NCBI GenBank assembly: GCA_963675745.2
Contig: CAXXWX010000027.1
Span: 64,001-128,000, forward strand
Direction: 5' to 3'
Source of the DNA: Phycisphaerae bacterium
GTDB lineage: Bacteria > Planctomycetota > Phycisphaerae > UBA1845 > Fen-1342
DNA length: 64,000 nt
A program made the translations under genes and the position numbers. Below are positions 57,763 to 64,000 of the stretch, piece by piece (positions within the stretch are counted from its first letter, which is position 1; every line of letters starts with the position of its first letter). The notes under the pieces are model-generated. The model saw only the letters and a program-made list of their open reading frames with translations. It ran no database searches and was not told the DNA's origin.

Positions 57763-59727
57763 CTAGTCCGATCCGGCCTGGTGCGCGGCACGTATCAGAC
57801 GCTCGCGCCACTCGGATGATAGTGGCGCAGGCTGGTAGTCGCGCAGGCGCTGAATCATCGGCTCTCCACCGGCGGCGAGAACACGGCCGAAATAATCCCA
57901 TTCGGGGGCCTGTGTGGCAAGCTCCACAAACGCCGCGTTCTCCAGGGAGGCCGGCCAGCCGCTGGGCCAGGTCGGTCCGGGCGCATCGAGCGCGCCGAGG
58001 ACGGTGTGGGCCATGCTGCGCACCCACGCCGGCTGATCGGGGGCATGCTGCCACAGCTCCAGCGCACGCCGTGCGCTGCGGGCCTGATTGTCAGCCACAA
58101 TCACCATTGCGGCCGCCAGGAGACTGCTGTTCGGGTTGCGCTGGGTTGGGTCGAGCGCCGCGCGCACGCGATCGGTGAACCCGAGTCGGGCGTCGCGCCA
58201 ACGGTCGATGGCCGGTCCGGCACTTTCCCACCCCCGAGCGAATTCTTGCAGCAGCTCGTTCTCAAGCACGCGACGAGCAGGCACGGTTTCGTAGCTCAGT
58301 TCCGTCCGAGCCGGATAGCGGCGTGGCCGGTAATCTTCGGCGCCCTCCGCAAAACCCCTCTCGCGCATCCACCCGAACACGGCGCGCACCTCCGCCGAAC
58401 CCACTTCGAATGGCTGCCGGTCGTCTGAGTAATCACCGAATCGGCGCCCGGTGATGCGAGCCAATGCCCAGGTCAGCCGCTGCTGATCGCGCGGCGTACA
58501 CTCGGCAAACTGACCGGCCAGGACGCCTTCGATGCGATCACGCGCGCTCTGGTACTGCGGCGCACCGCTTACCAGGGCAATACCGGCCGCAGCCACCGCC
58601 AACGGAGATTGCGCCGTGGCCAGCCGGTCCAGCGCACGCCGCGCGGCGCGGATGTTCTCGACGGTTTCGGCTTCGTCGCGCGCCACCACGCTCGCGCGAC
58701 CGGGGCGAAACGGTTGGGCCAGCGTGAACAACGCCTTGGCATAAGCCTCGCCACGCTGTTGGCCCAGCCACGACCAACTGGGCCAGTAGTCTTCGGCCAG
58801 TGGCGCCAACACGCCGTTGCTGTCTTGCCGGGCCAGCCGCTGAATCGCCCGCGCGTAGCGCTCAACATCCCGCTGGGCATCAGCCAGCGCCGCCTGGGCC
58901 CCGGCATCCTGCGATGCCTTCGCCGCCCTCAACGCGCGCTCGAGAAAGGTCTGGCGACGCAGCGACTCCTCCCAGAGCCCGGCGAGATCGCCGGCCACGT
59001 CGCGATCGCCCAACAGCGCTCGCGCCGCGGTCGCCGCGTCCGCCAACTCATTGTCATGCTGGCAGCGCTCAAGCACGGCCAGCCAGGTGACCTGATCGTT
59101 GTCCGCGTGGTGCGCATGCGCAGCCAGAAACTCGATCGCCACAAGCTGGTTCTGCGTCCGCGCCGCGGCGGATGTCGAAGTTTGCAGCGAGTCATCGAGC
59201 GCGGCGGCGACCGCTGGTATGCACTGCGCGCCCAATTCCACCAATTCCGCATACACGGCGCGGCGCGCGGCAAGATCCTCCGAAGCGAGCAAAGCTGCGG
59301 CCAGTTCGTCGAGGGGCACGGGCGGTGCGGTGGCCACGCCGGCGCCGGGCGGTGAATACTCGTGCGCGCGGCGATGGCTGTCATACAGGCTCGTCACCAT
59401 AACCGCCGCGATCAACAGCGCGATGAGGGCCCCGGCCGAAATCGCCCACCGTTGCCACGAGATAAGCGCCAGCCTGCCGGTCAGCGATGGACGTTTGCCG
59501 CTTTCGATATCCGTGCCACATTTGCGACACGTTTCCGTGCCCGGCGCGTTCTGGTGCTTGCAATGCGGGCATTGGACGGTCACGTCGGTTGGGAGTGGGG
59601 CCTTGCCCATTGGGACCGGTACGCGCAGCACGGTGCCGCACGCCGGGCAGCTCGTCGTGCGGCTGGCCAGCTCGTCGCCGACCACCATCACGTGTCCACA
59701 TGTCAAACAGCGGATTTTGATTGCCAT
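57763..59727 (-). CDS. Zinc-ribbon membrane protein with helical C-terminal domain (hypothetical)
   Basis: MAIKIRCLTCG...CPACG, CPHC...CRKCG, one TM, then an Ala/Leu-rich helical region. Confidence 0.8.
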   Translation of the reverse strand: MAIKIRCLTCGHVMVVGDELASRTTSCPACGTVLRVPVPMGKAPLPTDVTVQCPHCKHQNAPGTETCRKCGTDIESGKRPSLTGRLALISWQRWAISAGALIALLIAAVMVTSLYDSHRRAHEYSPPGAGVATAPPVPLDELAAALLASEDLAARRAVYAELVELGAQCIPAVAAALDDSLQTSTSAAARTQNQLVAIEFLAAHAHHADNDQVTWLAVLERCQHDNELADAATAARALLGDRDVAGDLAGLWEESLRRQTFLERALRAAKASQDAGAQAALADAQRDVERYARAIQRLARQDSNGVLAPLAEDYWPSWSWLGQQRGEAYAKALFTLAQPFRPGRASVVARDEAETVENIRAARRALDRLATAQSPLAVAAAGIALVSGAPQYQSARDRIEGVLAGQFAECTPRDQQRLTWALARITGRRFGDYSDDRQPFEVGSAEVRAVFGWMRERGFAEGAEDYRPRRYPARTELSYETVPARRVLENELLQEFARGWESAGPAIDRWRDARLGFTDRVRAALDPTQRNPNSSLLAAAMVIVADNQARSARRALELWQHAPDQPAWVRSMAHTVLGALDAPGPTWPSGWPASLENAAFVELATQAPEWDYFGRVLAAGGEPMIQRLRDYQPAPLSSEWRERLIRAAHQAGSD

Positions 59728-60020
59728 CCCGGTGTTCGCCTGCCCGACAGCATTCTTCGCGGGCGGTCCGCATGAGCAGCCCGCCACTTGTGTGGGACCG
59801 GCGCCCGGCCGGTCAACACGGCCGACTTGGGCGTCGGCCGCTACGTTTACGCGCCAACCACGGCACAATCTGTCGCCGTGCACAACTTCAGCCAACGGCT
59901 ATGATATTTGTAAGGCTCGCCACGCGCGCTGACAAGCCCGCCAGCAAGCAACCGGCGGCACGCCGGTGCCGCCTGACACAGCAAAGGAGATTCGCGGTGC
60001 CGCGATCAGCCCCGGCTTTC

Positions 60021-61184
60021 ATGGATATGTTGTCTCCCGACTTCTTCCAGCTTTCCGAGCTGCTCACCGACGAAGAGCGCCAGGTGCGCGAATTGGTCGG
60101 ACGATTCGTGGACGAGCGCGTGATCCCGATCATCGCCGACTGCTTCGAAGAGGCGCGCTTTCCCGCCGAAATCGTGCCCCAGCTTGCCGAGTTGGGGTTA
60201 CTCGGCCCGACCTTGCACGAGTACGGCTGTGCCGGACTGAGCAACGTGGCGTATGGTCTGATCATGCAGGAACTCGAACGCGGCGACAGCGGCATCCGCA
60301 GCTTCGCCTCGGTCCAGAGCGGGCTTGTGATGTTCCCGATCGAGGCCTATGGATCGGCCGAGCAGAAGAAACGCTGGATGCCGCTTTTGGCGCGCGGCGA
60401 GGCGATCGGCTGCTTCGGCCTGACCGAGCCGGACGGCGGATCAGACCCCGGGGCCATGAAAACACACGCCAAGCGCGACGGCACTGACTGGATTCTGAAC
60501 GGTTCGAAGGCCTGGATCACGAATGGCACGATCGCCGACGTCGCGGTCGTGTGGGCGCGCACCGACGAAGGTGTGCGCGGATTCCTCGTTGAGCGCGACG
60601 CGCCCGGATACACCACGAGCGAAATCAGGCACAAGTTTTCCCTGCGGGCGTCGGTGACGTCGGAGCTGTTCTTGGACGGGGTGCGCGTGCCGGAGCACAA
60701 TCGCCTGCCGGGGGCTGACGGGTTGGCGGCCCCGCTGAGCTGTCTGACACAGGCCCGCTTCGGCATCGCATGGGGCGCGGTCGGCGCCGCGCAGGCCTGC
60801 TACAGGGCCGCGGTCGAATTCGCCGGACAGCGTGTGCTGTTTGGCGAGCCGCTGATCAACAAGCAAACCACGCAACGCCGCCTGGCGGACATGCTGCGGC
60901 GGATCACCGCCGCACAGTTGTTGGTTTGGAAGCTGGCGCGTATGAAAGACCAGGGCAACCTGCATCACGCCCACGTGTCAATGGCCAAGTGGAACAACGT
61001 GCGCGCTGCACTCGACATCGCCCGGGAGGCCCGTGACCTGCTCGGGGCCGGCGGCATCAGTGTCGAATGTTGCCCCATCCGCCACATGCTGAACCTCGAA
61101 AGCGTGGTGACCTACGAGGGCACGGAGACCATCCACGAACTGATCGTCGGCCGCGAAATCGCCGGTGGTCAGGCAGCGTTCTAA
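60021..61184 (+). CDS. gcdH: Acyl-CoA dehydrogenase, glutaryl-CoA dehydrogenase-like
   Basis: ELERGDSGIRS, GCFGLTEPDGGSDP, KAWITNG, KFSLRASVT, ARFGIAWG, NLESVVTYEGT. Confidence 0.88.
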   Translation: MDMLSPDFFQLSELLTDEERQVRELVGRFVDERVIPIIADCFEEARFPAEIVPQLAELGLLGPTLHEYGCAGLSNVAYGLIMQELERGDSGIRSFASVQSGLVMFPIEAYGSAEQKKRWMPLLARGEAIGCFGLTEPDGGSDPGAMKTHAKRDGTDWILNGSKAWITNGTIADVAVVWARTDEGVRGFLVERDAPGYTTSEIRHKFSLRASVTSELFLDGVRVPEHNRLPGADGLAAPLSCLTQARFGIAWGAVGAAQACYRAAVEFAGQRVLFGEPLINKQTTQRRLADMLRRITAAQLLVWKLARMKDQGNLHHAHVSMAKWNNVRAALDIAREARDLLGAGGISVECCPIRHMLNLESVVTYEGTETIHELIVGREIAGGQAAF

Positions 61185-61215
61185 AGCGCCGTCAATCCAA
61201 CCGTGGCAGCGTGCC

Positions 61216-61246
61216 GGGTGCCCCACGGCTTGCCGTGGGGGACGGA
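61216..61246. repeat. GGGTGCCCC-type REP-like hairpin
   Basis: gggtgccccacggcttgccgtgggggacgga, nearly identical to 17808-17838. Confidence 0.75.
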
Positions 61247-61467
61247 AGCACGCATGAAAACACCCGCCACCGCAACCGCGGTCACGCGGCGGCGTCACAC
61301 AAGCGCGAGAATTGGCTCCAAAGCCAGCACAAAACCAAGCATTTTCTCCCCGCCCACCACCGTTTTCGCCGAAGAAATAGCCAGTGCGCGCTGAGTGCGC
61401 CCACTGGGGCTTGCGCTATTGCCCGGCCGCGCCGGCCGCGCGCAGTTGTCAAGGAGGATCTCACGGC

Positions 61468-62856
61468 ATGAGAGTGCTGCTGGTGGCGTACGATAACGAC
61501 TCGTTCATTCACTGGTTTCCGATGGGATTGGCGTATCTCGCGGCCGCCCTGCGTGACGCCGGGCACGACGTCACGATCTACAACCAGGACGTCTATCACT
61601 ATCCCGAGACGCACCTGACGGAGCATCTGGGCGACACCCACTATGACGTCGTCGGCGTGGGCGTGATCGGCGGGTACTACCAGTATCGCAAGCTGCTCCG
61701 CATCTCCGATGCGATCAACAGCGTCCCCGACCGGCCGCGCTACATCATCGGCGGGCAAGGCCCCTCACCCGAACCCGAGTACTTCCTAAAGCGAACCGGC
61801 GCCGACGTAGTGGTCATCGGCGAAGGCGAGCAGACAACCGTTGAGTTGCTGGATGCCTGGCAGCGCGATCGGGATATCGCCGGCGTCAACGGAATCGGGT
61901 TCTTCCGGGAAAGCACGTTCATCCAGACCGCGCAGCGCCAGGCCCCCAAGGACCTTAGCGCAATGCCGCTGCCGGCGTGGGATCTGTTCCCGATGGACTA
62001 CTACGCGTTGCTGCGCATGCCGCACACGACGAACAGCGACCGCGTACTGCCGGTACTCGGTGGCCGCGGCTGCCCGTACAAGTGCAACTTCTGTTATCGC
62101 ATGAGCAAGGGCATCCGCCTGCGCACGCCGGAGAGCATCGTGGACGAGATCCGGATTCTCAAGCAGCGCTACCAGGTAACCTACATCGCCTTCATGGACG
62201 AGCTGTTGATGTGTTCGGCGGCGCACACCAAGCGTCTGTGCCAGGCGATGATCGACGCGCGGCTGAACGTCAAATGGTGTTGCAACGGCCGACTGAACGT
62301 CACGACGCCCGATGTGCTTGCCATCATGAAGCAAGCCGGCTGCGTGTTCATCAACTACGGCATCGAGGCGATGGACGACCGGATTCTCGAGGTCATGAAC
62401 AAGCGTCTCACGACCGAGCAGGTTGTAGCGGGCATCGAGGCCACGCTCGCGGCCGGCATCTCGCCCGGCTACAACATCATCTTCGGCAACATCGGCGAAA
62501 ACCGCGAGACGCTCAGGAAAGGGGTCGAGTTCCTACTCAAGTATGACGACCACGCGCAACTGCGCACCATTCGGCCCGTGACACCATACCCCGGCTCACC
62601 GCTCTACGAGCACGCGATCGCGCAGGGCATGCTCAGCGGGCCGGAGGAGTTCTATGAGTCGCGACACGTGAACTCAGATCTGCTGAGCGTGAATTTCACG
62701 GAACTGAGCGACGCGGAGTTTCACAAGGCGCTGCTTGAAGCCAACAAGACGCTGCTGGAAAACTACTACGCCTATCAACTGGCCGACCAGTTGAAGGTCG
62801 CCGAGCGCCTCTACACAAGCGGCGACGCAACGTTCCGCGGCTTCCGCCAAACCTAA
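61468..62856 (+). CDS. Cobalamin-binding radical SAM protein (class B methyltransferase-like)
   Basis: PMGLAYLAA, IGG..P, IGEGE, RGCPYKCNFC, GIE, TPYPGSPLY; AAGGAGG SD. Confidence 0.93.
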   Translation: MRVLLVAYDNDSFIHWFPMGLAYLAAALRDAGHDVTIYNQDVYHYPETHLTEHLGDTHYDVVGVGVIGGYYQYRKLLRISDAINSVPDRPRYIIGGQGPSPEPEYFLKRTGADVVVIGEGEQTTVELLDAWQRDRDIAGVNGIGFFRESTFIQTAQRQAPKDLSAMPLPAWDLFPMDYYALLRMPHTTNSDRVLPVLGGRGCPYKCNFCYRMSKGIRLRTPESIVDEIRILKQRYQVTYIAFMDELLMCSAAHTKRLCQAMIDARLNVKWCCNGRLNVTTPDVLAIMKQAGCVFINYGIEAMDDRILEVMNKRLTTEQVVAGIEATLAAGISPGYNIIFGNIGENRETLRKGVEFLLKYDDHAQLRTIRPVTPYPGSPLYEHAIAQGMLSGPEEFYESRHVNSDLLSVNFTELSDAEFHKALLEANKTLLENYYAYQLADQLKVAERLYTSGDATFRGFRQT

Positions 62857-62864
62857 CCGCTTAT

Positions 62865-62889
62865 TTCTGACTTCTGACTTCCTACTTCT
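62865..62889. repeat. Heptamer tandem repeat (TTCTGAC-like) x3.5
   Basis: ttctgac ttctgac ttcctac ttct between convergent genes. Confidence 0.6.
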
Positions 62890-62892
62890 CTT

Positions 62893-64000
62893 TCAATACA
62901 GCGCCATCGGGTTGATTTCGGTGTCGAGATTGTGTCCGGCGGTCCCATTAGTGGCGGACGTGGGCATCACGGGCATTCCCGGAGCGATCGAGCCGCCGTT
63001 ACCACCGGTGCCGCCTGATGCGCCGCCGGCGCCACCGGCGGTACGCAACGTGCTGGTGATGTCGCCGACGATTGTGCCGGCCGCACCGCCGTTGACGTTT
63101 CTGGTGCCCGAGTCGGCGATTGCGGGTGCGATGAAGTGGATGATTCCACCGCTACCGCCGCCGCCGGGTGCGACCGCGCTGCTGCTGTTTCCGCCCTGCC
63201 CTCCATTGGCGATGACGCCGCCGGTGTTTATGACTTGCGTGAACGAGGAGAGCACGATGAATCCGCCGCCACCGCCACCCGCGCCGGGTGCATCGACCGG
63301 GCTCTGCCCATTGGCCTCGATGGTGCCGGCGTTGTTGATGTTGCTCATTGCGATGACGACGAAGGAACCGCCGCCAAGGCCGCCGTTGGCAGTCTCGCCG
63401 GGGCCGCCGCCACCGCCGCCATACAGACCCGGTTCCAGTAGTTGACGTGCCTGAAACGGCTCGAGCCCCTCTCCGCCGGCGCCACCGTCCAGAAGCTGCG
63501 AGGAATCACCACGATCGCCGGCCGTTGCGGGCACCGCGGCGACGCCTGGGTTGGCGGTGATCATCTCCGTGGCGCGTCGTCCACCGGCGGCCGCCGGCAA
63601 CACGACGATTCTGCCGTTGTTGACGAACGTGCTGCTGCAACGAATCACTGCGCCGCTGGGAACCTCCAACGTTGCTCCCGCGTCAACCACGAAGCTGGTG
63701 TACTGAAGATTCGTATCGTCCAGCAGAAGATCGTCGGTGACATGTCGCTCGCCGGCGGAACCATCGCCGAAGATGCGCAGTTGCCCATCAGCACCGGCAG
63801 GCCCCTGCGGGCCCGTCTCACCCTGTGGCCCGGTTTCACCCTGTGGCCCGGTCTCGCCCTGTGGGCCGGTCGCGCCCTGGGCACCGGTGGGGCCGATCGG
63901 GCCCTGCTCACCTGCGACGCCCTGTGGCCCCTGCGGTCCGGTCGCCCCAACCTGACCAGCAGCACCGGGCGCCCCCTGACTGGAGTCGTCCGGCGATGTT
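62893..64000 (-). CDS. Collagen-like / glycine-rich surface protein, 3' part (start beyond window end)
   Basis: The frame of track ORF 62893-63690 stays open to the window end: TSPDDSSQ-(Gly-X-Y)22-RIFGDGSAG..., then a domain rich in GGGGGG, ANG and GGSGG. Confidence 0.85.
   Translation of the reverse strand, partial: TSPDDSSQGAPGAAGQVGATGPQGPQGVAGEQGPIGPTGAQGATGPQGETGPQGETGPQGETGPQGPAGADGQLRIFGDGSAGERHVTDDLLLDDTNLQYTSFVVDAGATLEVPSGAVIRCSSTFVNNGRIVVLPAAAGGRRATEMITANPGVAAVPATAGDRGDSSQLLDGGAGGEGLEPFQARQLLEPGLYGGGGGGPGETANGGLGGGSFVVIAMSNINNAGTIEANGQSPVDAPGAGGGGGGFIVLSSFTQVINTGGVIANGGQGGNSSSAVAPGGGGSGGIIHFIAPAIADSGTRNVNGGAAGTIVGDITSTLRTAGGAGGASGGTGGNGGSIAPGMPVMPTSATNGTAGHNLDTEINPMALY
63778..63975 (-). 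repeat. Collagen Gly-X-Y repeat, 22 triplets including (GPQGET)x3
   Basis: Hand translation: [66 protein letters not shown]. Confidence 0.9.

Noticed and set aside
61468..64000. Radical SAM plus Gly-rich protein as a RiPP cluster
   Set aside because: Genes are convergent; no precursor peptide, RRE, peptidase or exporter is visible.

Overview
High-GC bacterial chromosomal segment, most likely a Planctomycetota genome, possibly Phycisphaerae. This is an inference from the gene set: N-terminally extended GreA, VWA/GATase-like membrane protein, NHL proteins, FHA-GAF-PP2C, a dnaA without dnaN, and a Zn-ribbon membrane protein. It contains about 50 CDSs. I recognised no rRNA, tRNA, CRISPR array, transposase or prophage. 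Housekeeping genes include dnaA, polA, greA-like, trpE, rlmN, tatA, a flagellin, motA/motB, nifJ (PFOR), malic enzyme and a glutaryl-CoA dehydrogenase-like gene. The most interesting elements are: (1) an uncharacterised three-gene membrane operon (DUF6754-like gene, a polytopic membrane gene and an apparent fusion gene; 22158-25921) with no ATPase or binding protein; (2) a putative O2-sensing module in which a globin-coupled histidine kinase and sigma-54 activator sit beside a pseudo-receiver, malic enzyme and a PFOR/DHODH-like/cytidylate-kinase-like cluster, with two readable sigma-54 promoters; (3) a stripped-down type IV filament cluster (GspE, two GspF, three minor-pilin-like genes) with a tandem palindromic operator inside it; (4) a candidate sRNA or small ORF at about 19.6-19.76 kb; (5) DnaA boxes upstream of dnaA; (6) a recurring TANNNT-N6/7-ATG leaderless signature; (7) several REP-like repeat families. 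Two real CDSs running off the window ends are missed or truncated by the ORF track. Family names are from motif recognition only; no database searches were run.
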